Below the pieces are notes generated by a model that saw only the letters and a program-made list of their open reading frames with translations, was not told where the DNA came from and made no database searches. Position numbers and translations under genes: made by a program. Of a stretch of DNA of 64,000 bases, positions 1 through 11,900 are shown one piece after another. Source of the stretch: Phoronis australis. Taxonomy: Eukaryota; Animalia; Phoronida. The stretch lies in the NCBI GenBank assembly GCA_002633005.1, contig NMRA01000205.1, forward strand, positions 2,109-66,108, in the 5' to 3' direction. Within the stretch, counting starts at the first letter, position 1. Each line of letters opens with the position of its first letter.

Positions 1-242
1 GGAATCTAAATTGAAACTTGATTAGACAAGATTCATGTAGGCACGATCTGATGAACGAGCTTGTGGGATTCACAGAAACTGACCAAAACAAAACAGCCAG
101 TGTAAACATGTATTTGGAGGTTTGGTAGCATTTTAAAAATTCCAGAGTTTAAAATGCATATTATGGTAGATGCTCAGGAGGTGTTGCCGTCTTAGTGAAA
201 GCATCATTATCTAAGTAAGTCATCAAAACATTTTCTGATTAT

Positions 243-3200
243 TAGTCGGTGGGCCAGATCTCATAGCGTTCATCCTTGTGAGTACTTTAGGGGGGCAACC
301 TAGTTTTTTGTATGTGGCTAGATAATATACCTTTAAATCAAATTCCAAAAAGTTCCCACGTCTACACTTGCACATTTTTTTAAAAAAAGGTGTTTTTGTT
401 GCACAAAATACGATGCACATTCCTGCCACTTGGTGGCACTTTTCTATTGAATTGACCAATCAGAGAGCCAGATTGTATTGTTGTGCTTAGTTACTTCAAT
501 ATGGCTGCTCCCATGGAGTGTGATACCTGTATAATTCAAGGTTTATCAAACAGCACAAAATTGTGATGTCGGAGCCTAAAGAAGCTTAGGAAAGCTTTCT
601 GACGAAAGCTGATGGACTGCGGAACTCTGCAGATAAGTAGATCAAAAAGAAGAGGTGGTCACAAACGTTTGTGCAGAAAACAGCTGGATGTCCTGGTATA
701 GCCTGTAGACTAGAAGACCAAGTGTCAGACCAAAAAATTGAAAGGACATAGAACGGCATAGCAACGTTTCAAGGCACCAGCAGAAGTACTAAAGCTTCTG
801 AAAGTGATACAGATGTTATCCAAGATTTCCCAAGAAAATCAATAATACTTCCAAAATCTGAAACACCCAATTAACCTGAACAAGATAGGAACATTCTGAA
901 ACATGAGTGCATCATTTGTTAGCAGGAAAAGTATATTGTGGACCATATTTCAAGACAGAGAAAGAAGTATAGGTACATCATGGTATTTTCCATGTGTGTT
1001 TCAGTATTATCACCAGTTGTTTTTTTAACTTGTTCAGCCCATTGGCTGCCTAGGCCTTAGACAATACCGCTGACCCAGGTGAGACGGTGGTCATACCGTA
1101 GGTGCTCCATATGCCGGATGCTTTTCGGCAAATTATGTTCCTATAAGTTTAGAAGTACTGCATAGAGAGATGCCTCTGAGCAAGTCGTTAAAGTTTTCAT
1201 TTGTTCCCAGTTTAAACAAATACTCCTGCAATCCTGTTTTTCGAACACGCTATTGTTCAGTTGCCACATCGACACTGCTTGCGCTAAGGGATAATCATAT
1301 GGCCTTATACTGTGGGTGTGAATTTAAGGCACTTTAAGTCAAAAATTTTTGAGAAGATTAAATAGAGTAGATGGTTGCAAACCACATGCCCAAGTGGCCG
1401 TCATCCCCTGCCGTAGTCCTGGGATAGGGGGAACCTCTTCTCAATTTCTTGTAAACATTAATTACTTAGGTAGCTGCAATGATAATTAAATTAAAGTGCC
1501 TAAGTGGCCATCGTCGCCGTCGTAATTTGAGGACGATGGAAGCCACTGTCCATTTCGTCAAAGGTCGATTACCATAAGTAAAAATCGATTGATTATGGTT
1601 TGAGCATCTGATTTAAAAAAATTAAATTTCAATCACTGCACTGGTATATCAGCTGATTTATTTTCAGTTGCATCAACTAATCTAATTTTCAGACGATCAA
1701 CATTTTTAGGCGACAGATCAGATGGCATGTAAATGTGTTCCTGATAAGTCCGTCTGAAAAAGTTGCATGCCAACTCACTCATAGTTGAATGTTAAATTAG
1801 TGTTAACGTTTCGGGTTTTTTCAGTTGGACTTGTATCGCAAGCAACAGCTCAGTCCAGAGCCCTGAATATGCAAATGAAATTCAAATATAAAGACCTTGT
1901 GTTTTAGAAGCCAAATACCACAGATCATCATGCTATAAAAAATAGAAAGACAACGATTGTGAAGAGTGACTAATCCACAGTTTTCAGAGATGTTCTTCTA
2001 CAGTTTTGTTTGGAGTTCATTGAATCAAAGCTTCTAACACAAGGATATGTCATTTGCCTTTCAAAACTAAAGCGAGACTTTGAAGCTGTTCTTCAGAAAG
2101 CTGGTGTGCATGAAGTTATTTGGACAGGCAATCTTAAGAAATATTGTTGAAGCTACTCACTGTTGTAGTTTGTGCCCGACTAAGAGTTACGAAAGTGAAT
2201 TGAGGCTAGTGTTCAATAATTCACTTGCTGACTCTAATTAACACAGCCCATTATAGCATATTTTGAATCAAACGTTTGCCCAAATCCTGCCTGCCTCCAA
2301 ACAAGGACTTAGTGTTTGACCCTTCATTGCCTGCGAGCCAATCACCAGTGTGCGATGCTGTACCCTCTCTAATCGACCATAGTTGGCTCCTTGGCGGTGG
2401 AGCTTTGCAGTTAATATGTATGGCAATGTCCGCATCTCCATTGACAGTACTAAACGATGAACGCTGCAAGTGCAAAAAGAACATGTGTGCTGGGAAACTG
2501 AGTTTGTGCTGCAATGCTGGGTCAAACTGTACAAAAATGTGCAGCTGTGACAACTGTAGTAACATCAGCAACACTGACTGCATAACATTGGATAGTTCTT
2601 TGACAAGTCAACCCTAAATAGACCTCCAACCCCGTTATTTCGGGTTTTTTGTAAAAGTTAATTTTATTTATTGATTAAGTCATAGAAAGTACATACTTTG
2701 ATCATTGTCATGTATTTGTCTCATACTGCTTGATAAACGCTGTCAGAATAATCTGTTATTTTCATACAGTCTGTGTGCACATTCACAGAGATCATTCATT
2801 TGTACTATAATGTATTTCTGGTGTATTATGCAAACAAGCTTTATTTTACACCATTAGTCAATGTTTTAGTCATTGAGGCACAAATTCTGCCAAGTCTCAA
2901 GTGTTTTGTGTTATTTTTGTTGCCAGATAATGCCAGAATAATTTCCTAGTAACATTCAGACTTAGTTTGCATTTTTGCCACTAGGTGTCTCTTTACATTT
3001 TTTAAATTTCACTGTTTACAATTAATCTACAATAGTGAAACATGAATTGTGAGTGTAATATTGTTCAATACAATGGCACTGATGGGACCATGTTACTTGT
3101 TTTACAAAAAAGTCACTAAAACTGCTGTTTTTACAAATATAAATTTACTAAGCTCTTTGGTGATTATTAGGTAACTTCAAACTCAAATTTCTCGAAAATG

Positions 3201-3340
3201 TGCAACTTTATATGTGGGAACTTTTTAGATTTTGAAAACACTCTATTAAATGAATTAAAAACACCAAAATAAAATTGCCCCCCTAAAGTACTCACAAAAA
3301 CCATTTTCTAGAGGCCCTACAAATTCTGGCCCACCGACTA
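243..3340 (+). mobile_element. Academ-type DNA transposon, internally deleted
   Basis: TIRs TAGTCGGTGGGCCAGA (243-) / TCTGGCCCACCGACTA (-3340). Subterminal IR TTGTGAGTACTTTAGGGGGGCAA (~276-298 / ~3275-3297). 3-bp TSD TAT (240-242, 3341-3343). Coding remnants: CIIC (~908), DLVxEAKYH (~1893-1920) and C-terminal Cys-rich finger CKCKKNMC..CC.AG.NCTKMCSCDNC (ORF 2276-2617). TAG..CTA ends, 3-bp TSD and Cys8 finger fit Academ. Confidence 0.8.
1020..1257 (-). mobile_element. Possible 5'-truncated non-LTR retroelement 3' end inside the Academ element
   Basis: T-run at 1020-1027 (poly-A on minus strand) and direct repeat CAGTTG at 1014-1019 and 1258-1263 as a candidate TSD. Confidence 0.35.
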
Positions 3341-3719
3341 TATCCTGACATGATAAGAATTGTTTGTCGAGCTTTCAAAACAGACAAAAACTGGGCGTAC
3401 TTTATATTTTGATTCATGTTGCTTCATAATCAGCTACTGTTTCTAGCAATGCGCATGGTGGCGGTAGTTTGAAGGTAGAAGAAGATTGAAATTACATGTA
3501 TCACTCAGTTACAAGCTACTTTAATGCGCGAGGTGCATATAATACTGACTACAGACTTTAACGCTAGGACTGGCTCATCCACAGATTGTATATTAGATGA
3601 TTTTTTGATATTCCTAGGGATTCACTTGATGGCAATGTTAACAACTTTGGGAGATGATTATTGCAGTTGTATAAAACGCTTGGTATTCACACAGTGAATG
3701 GATGATATGAGAATGAAAG

Positions 3720-4682
3720 ACACCAAAACTAGCGATCACTATGTTTTAAAACTTATTGACGGACTATTGTAATCATACATAACTCGTATTCATATATTAA
3801 GTCTAAACGCCCATTCTAACTTATAGTGTTGCGCCTAGGAAAATTAAGTTCTACTGAAATTGGAATATTGGTAGCTGACGCGTGTTAATTTTTGCTTACG
3901 AAAACAAAATAAAAACAAATATTGGAATAGTCGGAGTTCTTTATAATAAATTAACCCACCACAGATATAGTGTTGGTACAAAACCTTTAGACAACTTCAG
4001 AGGATGGTTCATCTACAAAATAAATAAGATAAATGAAAAACAAAAACACGGGTATTTAAAAAGGGTTTCGAATATTCTGTATAGACGGTTGGTCAAAAAC
4101 AACGAAAGGCTGAATATTACGTACGCGAAACGAAATTTAAACGGCCAGCTAAGAGTAGGGTTAAGCAAATGACAACTCACCGCTAGCACAAGGATGGAGC
4201 ATGGACTTTATTGCGAATTTGTTTGATAAAGACACTAAAACTAACGATCGATGTGTTTCAGAATTTGTCGACGGATTAATGTAATCGCAACTCGTATACA
4301 TATATTCAAAGTCTAAACGCGCATTGTAACTTATCGTATTAGGCTACGGAGATTATTAGATTGAAATTGATAAATTGGTAGTTTGCTTACGGAAAAAGAG
4401 AATAAAAATTTTGAAATAATTGGAATTGTTTACGATAAACTCACCACAGAGGTAGTGCGGGTGACAAACCTTTATACAACTTCAGAGGATGGTTAACATA
4501 AAATAGACAAAAATAGTAAAAAAGCTATTGAATGTTCAATATTGATTATAGACGATCTACAAAATGAAATAAAAATATAGAGTATAGACGGTTGGTCAAA
4601 AACAACGAAAGGCTGGATACTACGTGCGCGAAACGAAACTTAAATGTCTGGCTAAGAGAAGCAAATGATAACTCACCGCTAA
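3720..4682. repeat. Diverged tandem duplication, two ~470-510 bp units
   Basis: Units start GACAC(C/T)AAAACTA at 3720 and 4231, share ATAGACGGTTGGTCAAAAACAACGAAAGGCTG (4081, 4584) and end GCAAATGAYAACTCACCGCTA (~4184, ~4681). Confidence 0.85.
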
Positions 4683-5554
4683 CTCGCAAACTTTGATCTC
4701 GGAATAGTTTGTGTAATCAGTCGTCTCTTCGGTTTACTTATATTACCGAGGTATTTTTATAAACTTTGCGTAGCACCTAATAACATAAAGACAATCATTT
4801 ATTTGCGACGCGTGTATGCCCAGACGTGTTTGTGTCAGCCTATATTTTACGTGATGATTATGTAAGATTTGTCAAAGCTCAGACGGTGCTTTGTGTGTAT
4901 TTGTGTACGAAAACTTGACGTCACACTTCGCATTCATCCGCTTTTATTCACTTTTGTATGCCGTTAGTAATTCTCGGTTAAACACGAAAACTTCCTTTTC
5001 TCTCTTAGTTGGTCAGACTATTTCCAACACTATGTATACCTACCAGCAAGAGAGGTGCGCGTTCACCTACTGTTATCCCAAACGACAAGTGTTCGACGAC
5101 GGCGTCACCACTGGACCTTTGAACATTTAATTCGGACATTTGATAAATTTGCTATAGACTACTTTTCTGAACGTTTTGATAATTTTATATTCGGATGATT
5201 TTTGTAGTGTTGGTTTGTCATTAATACACGTTTAAACGCTATCGGTTTTATGTTCTGTGTGAGCTGGTCGCTTCTTATTAGTATGAGTACGATTCGCTTA
5301 GTACCGTCGGGGCCAGGGTTAGACTTTACGCGACATCTGTTGTTGGGTTGGGTGGTTATCCCCTTTTGTATATGCCTTTGTTTTTGATGAGACAGAACAC
5401 ACAATATACAACGACGACACTCGGCGCACACGAAATAAGGTAATCCACGTTTTGTTCTTATTCAGCATCCCTCTTTTGTTTCGATTCTCGATCCGTTGCT
5501 AGGAGCCGCAAAACGGGCATCGAGGTGCCTCTCTAACGGGTCCACTTAAACCTA

Positions 5555-5668
5555 TTACGTCATGAGGCGTGACGTCATTGACACATCCGTCCGGTAGGCG
5601 GATGCTGTCCCTTCCGATTGCAGTTATCCTACGTGACCTTTGACCTTTCACATGGATGACCTTTGACT
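5555..5668 (+). promoter_or_regulatory. Cluster of CRE/ATF sites and nuclear-receptor DR1 elements upstream of the small membrane-protein gene
   Basis: TTACGTCA 5555-5562, palindromic TGACGTCA 5570-5577, TGACCTtTGACCT 5634-5646, TGACCTtTGACT 5657-5668. Confidence 0.45.
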
Positions 5669-5985
5669 GAGACCCTCAAAACGTGTCGTCTAAATGACTT
5701 ACTATACTACTTGGCAGCATCTTAACGTTCAGAACCCGCAATTAGGTGATATGTAAGGATAGTCTAAAGGTATTGGATATTTTGTTGTTTTTTTTTCAAA
5801 TCGTCTTGTAATGAATTTGATATTGCTTCATCTATATCACTATAACAAATGGCAAAATATACAGCGATCGGCTGCGTTTTTAGAACCAAAGCTCCAGCAA
5901 ATCAATTATGTTTCGCACCTTTCACCTTTTGGGAAATAGAAAAGAGACGTAGGCCTCCTGCATAACTCCTTGTCAGTTGTTTTTC

Positions 5986-8900
5986 ATGCATAAAGATGCG
6001 ACAGCCAGTATACGCGGGCATATGGACGCCCAAGTATCTGCAATGGAGTCGGGAGCTATTATCGGAACCGTCTTAAGTTGCCTTGGTGGTCTGATGGCGA
6101 CTTTCTGCGGGGTTGTCTACTGGAGAGAGAGCATTCGGAAGGAGTCACAGTTGCGGTAAGTTAAACAGTACAGTGCCTGGGTATCCTGCACGTGCACTTA
6201 GCTCAGTTTTGGTATAAGATTTATTTTTAGTAGCTTCTGCAGTCGGGTAATTGTGTCTATGAACAATTTTAATTGAAATTTCAACGTGCATTGATCCAGT
6301 CGACCAAGCTGTATAAGAGAGTACCAGCCGTTGCTAGAATGTAAATGTAATGTGTAATAGATCTGCATTACCTCACGCTACACAACCCAACACTACGACA
6401 TTTTTGGATCATAAAAGATATACTCTTTTATAATCAGGGGTTAGTTTGAGAACCAATTGTTATTGCAGGATTCTTTTATGGTTCGGGGTTAGTTTGAGAA
6501 CCAGTTGCTATTGCAGTGTTCTTTTCCGATTCCGTCGCAGGAGCCAGATTGTCAAACACCAAGTATTTTACGAAATTGCTTGTATTAATGCTCACGTGTT
6601 TTTGGTTACAATACGTCCGAGTTTGATTGTTGCTGCTTTTTCCAAAATTACGTCAGTAAGACTAAGTTTCTGTCTTACAGGTATTATAGGTATACAACTC
6701 TAAAGTCACTTTCATGAAACAGAACCCTGGTTCCTTGTATCGCGAAATTCTGTAGGCTGTACCAAATCGGCATTTTAAAAGACCTCTTCAAATAAAAAAT
6801 GTCTCGTAAAATTCTGGAGTATTTAAAGTAATAAATACGTTGGTAAACTTTTGCTTTCAGAATTGACGTCCTCACAGACGACAGTGCGCCAATTAAAGAA
6901 AGGCCTCAAGACAGTCGTTTTGAAGACACAAATTGGCAATGTGACTCGAAGCCTCCAGCGGTAACTGTTTCAATTCTGTTACTAACAAACATCGGTGCTT
7001 TAAAAGCTATCGAAATCGTCGTTCGTAAACGTAGAACAATGCCGGTAGTTTCCTTAGTGTGTTCCTAACCAATATAATGGGTCATGAGGTGCACTCGTGT
7101 AAATATTCCAGGTCTGCATCAGTGGGAATCAGCCGTTGTAAAAACCAAGAGATTCCAACCCCTCTATGAACTTGACAAGAAGAAACAATCGGGTTCAGGC
7201 CTTGATACGCCGTAAAATGTAACAATTTCGTAAAATGTAACAATTGTTACATTTTATGTCATTGTTACATTTCATGTTCATAGGCCTCTCCTAAAATGTA
7301 ACAAGTTGTTACATTTTATGAAATTGTTACAATTTACGTCGAATGCACATGCGAGAAATGCACCGTTATCACATTTTACGAAAGCGACGTCATATTTCAT
7401 CAGGAAATTTGTTGACACACTTGACGCCTTTTTTCTCAGATTGTGTGAATGAAATAGCGGAGTTGCAAAGCCGCCATATTGGAAATGAGTCTGAATGTTG
7501 TATTGTGGTTATGCCAGTAAACAAGTACGTCGGCAAGCGTGGGGGCGAACCGGCCACAGGGAGGTTATACGTGTTGTGTGTCTGGCTGCTATAATACCAG
7601 TTAGCGAGATAAAGAATTTAGTTACTACCTGTTTCCCAAAGATCAAGAACTCGGTTAAAAATTGGTCAGACACATCGGTAGAGCTGGTAGCAAAGGCCGA
7701 CTCAGTGAATTCTTTCCGACTTCGTAGCATAAAGTATGCAGCGCTCATTTTGAGGGCGGCAAGAAAACGTATCTTGGGAACTGAAAAACAATATTTCCCT
7801 TTAAAGAAACAGTAACAAATACTCCACGGCGGATGGAAGTGAAAAAAACTTGTTTTCGCTTTACCAGAACCAAGCCAACATGAACAATTGTGAGGATTAT
7901 GCCTCTGCGCAATCACCTGTTCAGGGTCGACTCACTTAACGTACGCACGCTACGTGCATTGACGCGCTAAGATAAAGCGTGCAGAATATAATTATTTACT
8001 TTCTACAAAATTGTGGTGCATTGCTACCAAAATTCGTTGTTAAATTACGATCATTTTTCAGAAAATTGTGCTGAAATCCCAGGGCGAAATCTCGCCGACA
8101 AATGCGTAGCTGCCGGTCTCGCAATCGTCGATAGGGCTTGAATTCTTGAATAAGAATGCAGCTTCGACTCAACAAATTACCTGAAATCCTCCTCAAGTTT
8201 TCCAAATAGCGTCTCTAAGATTTTTAAGTTCTTGTGGAGTCTGGATTAACTGCAGATTAAGTCCAAATCTGCGCTAGATTGTAGCCCGCAACACGAGAAA
8301 AATCTCTGGAGGAACACACACGTTGTTGTCACGTGACTTTTGTTTTGAAGTTTGTATAGACCCAATTCACGCCGACAGGAGGCGCGTTCCAAAACGAGGC
8401 TCGCTACGATAGCTCTGTTGGCTTATCGGCATAGTTGTATTCCTGATGCTTGAACGGCTTGAAAAAATACGGTCTCTCAACTGTCTGTTTTCTCTAAAAA
8501 CGTTGAGATTCGAAGCGTTGGGTCGTTGCCATGCTATGAACATTCCCACTAAATAAGATTGGTTCTAACCCCAGTGGTTAAGGTAAACGGTGGGGTATAG
8601 AAAATTGAACTAGACCGTATTTATCCACCTTGGCTGAGTCGCGCTCGGCTCAAAGGGATGCCGCCAAGCTGCTCTAGTCATCGAGTCACGAGCGAGGATA
8701 ATTGGCTTCGCTCATGCGGATAAGATCAGCTGATTACAGTCTAGCTAGTAGACTGTACTTTTTATGGAGAGAGTTTTAGGTAGTTTTTACTGTAATATTT
8801 GAAAAGAGTAGCGAAAACAAATATGAGTACAACTTTGAATTTTTCAAATCGGCCCAGGATAACAGATTTTGCAACACAGCAACACTCACTATTACTTTCA

Positions 8901-11900
8901 TTCGGCGCGCACTAATACAAAATTATAGGACCCAAGTTATTTAAATTTTGGAACACATGCATTGCAATATTCAAAATACGTTTATTATGAATCTTACAAG
9001 CTGTAAAACGACGTTGTTAATTTCATTGTGTTCATTCATTGTCATTCAAATCGGCAATTTCCGAGATGTGATCTGCGGCGTGTGCGTATGTGTACAAAAC
9101 ACGTGATTGTTATGTTCCTGATGTACGAAAATTAAGAAGGCTTTAACATGCCGTTATTATTGACAGGGACACGATAAAACGAATTTGGATTTTGACTATA
9201 GTCTTGATACAGCCATTTGACTGACCACTGCGTCAGTGTCTCCGTTAAACCCAGAAATTTCACACAGCCCGGGTAGTTCATTTCGTCCCCAACATGTAGA
9301 TCGAGCCTTGGACAATACCATGCTATGAACATTCCCACTAAATAAAATTGGTTCTAACCCCGGTGTTTAAGGTAAACGGCGGGGTATGGAAAATTGAAGT
9401 AGACCGTATTTATCCACCTTGGCTGAGACGCGCTCGGCTCATGGTCAAAGGGGTGCCGCCAAGCTGCTCTATTCATCGAGTCACGAGCGAGGATAATTGA
9501 CTTCGCTCATGCGGATATGATCAGCTGATTACAGTCTAGTCTAACAACTGTACTTTTTATGGAGAGAATTTTACGTAGTTTTTACTGTAATATTTGAAAA
9601 GAGGAGCGAAAACAAATATGAGTACAACTTTGAATTTTTCAAATCGGCCCAGGATAAGAGATTTTGCAACACAGCAACACTCACGATTACTTTCATTCGG
9701 CGCGCACTAATACAAAAATATAGGACCCAAGTTATTTAGATTTTGGAACACATGCATTGCAATATTCAAAATACTTTTATTATGAATCTTACAAGCTGTA
9801 AAACGACGTTGTTAATTTCATTGTGTTCATTCATTGTCATCCGTCAAATCGGCAATTTCCGAGATGTGATCTGCGGCGTGCGCGTATGTGTACAAAACAC
9901 GTGATTGTTATGTTCCTGAAGTACGAAAATTAAGAAGGCTTTAACATGCCGTTATTATTGACAGGGACACGATAAAACGAATTTGGATTTTGACTATAGT
10001 CTTGATACAGCGATCTGACTGACCACTGCGTCAGTGTCTCCGTTAGACCCAGAAATTTCACACAGCCCGGGTAGTTCATTTCGTCCCCAACATGTAGATC
10101 GAGCCTTGGACTATTAATACTCCACGGCAGAGCTAACGACAGTCGGCCTGTGCACACAAAATCTGTGAGTTAACCAGCACTCACCTTGCACGTTACAGCC
10201 GTTTAAGTGAAAAACAATCTAGTAAACGCCATTTTCTTGCATAATTATCCGCCTTTTGTAACAAAAAAGTCTATCGTCGATGACCCGCACACGCACGCTC
10301 ACTCACTCTCATACGCAGACGACCTTCAAAACAAACGTCACGTGACAACAACATGTGCGTTCATCCAGAGATTTTTCTCTTGTTGTGGAGTACGATGTAG
10401 CGCACATTTGGACTTAATCGGAATTAATCTGGACTCCACATGAACTTTAAAATTGTAAAACATCATGAAGATTTCAGGTAATTTGTTGAGTCGAAACTAT
10501 ATTTTTATTCAAGAGTACATCAAGTTTTCCTATTGACGATCGCGATTCAGCGACGCATCAGTCGGCAAGTTTTCGCCCTGTGATGAGCACAATTTTTTGA
10601 AAAATTATCGTAATTTAACAACGGAAGTTGATAGCAATGCACCACAATTTTGTAGAAAGGCTGTCATAGGCTACAAATACGTCACCGAGCGTAAATTTGA
10701 TGAATCCTAGCTTCCGATTTTATCAGTTTGGGAAACCGGGTTTCAAAGGCCGCAGGCTCACTACAATAAGCGTCCCCTCCCCGTGAAATGAATTTTTCTA
10801 AGCGTTTGTTTGAGCCAATACAGTATACAGCATTCCACCAAGGCTAGGTGATGCAAGACATTATTCTTTGTTGCGTTATAGTAACTGGTCTTGGCTAATT
10901 ATCATTTTATGGCCTGGTCATCCATTCAGCCCAAAGTAGTTCCAGAGGTGGCTTATCAGCCAATTATTCACGCATGCTGACTCACAATAGAAGCCTGATA
11001 AGAGTGAAGGTGGATAAATGCGGTGTTCCTACAATTTCTTGTTTTAGTGGATGTGTTCACGACATGGCCAAACGCCGCGTCGAAGGAAAATATGTCCGTG
11101 TAAAATTTATAAATGTTTTCGAAAAGTTAGATCATATTTTGTCGCATCTCGGTTGCTAACATCATAGCCGGCAACGACCGGAAAATCTTCTGCCAGCCAG
11201 ACTGTGTTTTCATGACTACAGTACGCATGGGTGGCGCAGCACTGAAAAAAGTGGGAGCTCAAGCCTCCTCAGCGCCCCTTGGTGCACCGCCTATAGACCA
11301 TGTGCGGCCTAGCNGCCCCCCCCCCCCCGAATAGTATGGTGCGCGCCCTCCATGCTACAGGTTGAAACATATGACGCATTTTTCTTTCCAAAAAGGACAG
11401 CGCCCTCAATCTCTCGATTTTGGAGCCGAATGTCGGCCCTATTTCCCTCTTAAAAATATAGAAAAGTCACGCGAAATTCATTACGGCGTTTTACCGTTGC
11501 TCCCAACTTGTTTGACTCTAATTAACAACGAGATGGGAAGATGACCCTTGTCAAGCCAATATCTTACGCGACTGATTAACTCCATTCTAGCATTTAAGGT
11601 TGGAGGGCCACCTCTCTATTGTTCGATAATTGCTCTAATCTCCAATAAAATGGTATCTATAGCCTAGATCAGTCCCCCACGAGGCCTAAAAATTCCCCTC
11701 GACCATTGAAAAAGTCTCTCCGGAGAATCACCTGTAACCACACAGGTGACAATTTGAAAGAGCGCAAAATGCTACTTGAGACAGAGCCTATGAAAGCTTG
11801 CAACAGGGAGGGTGTGCTATTGATGGTGATCGCGAGGTACATTTCCCCTCACTCTCGGCGAAGAATGCCCTCTCAGAAGGCCCAAACACTTTTCCCTCGG

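Larger units (their letters stand above)
1..3760 (+). pseudogene. Degenerate LINE APE-type endonuclease fragment, split by the Academ insertion (parts ~1-242 and ~3344-3760)
   Basis: Motif RCSGGVAVLVK at ~170-200. After the Academ element come IILTTDFNARTG (~3539-3574) and DGNVNNFGR*LLQLYKTLGIHTVNG (~3628-3702), typical non-LTR APE motifs. Stops and frameshifts present. Confidence 0.75.

Noticed and set aside
2276-2617. Host metallothionein/tesmin-like gene
   Set aside because: It lies within Academ TIRs and corresponds to the transposon's C-terminal Cys finger.
7112-7197. Additional exon of the membrane-protein gene (acceptor-like TTCCAG at 7111)
   Set aside because: The in-phase reading stops after 9 codons and no donor was found; at most an alternative terminal exon.
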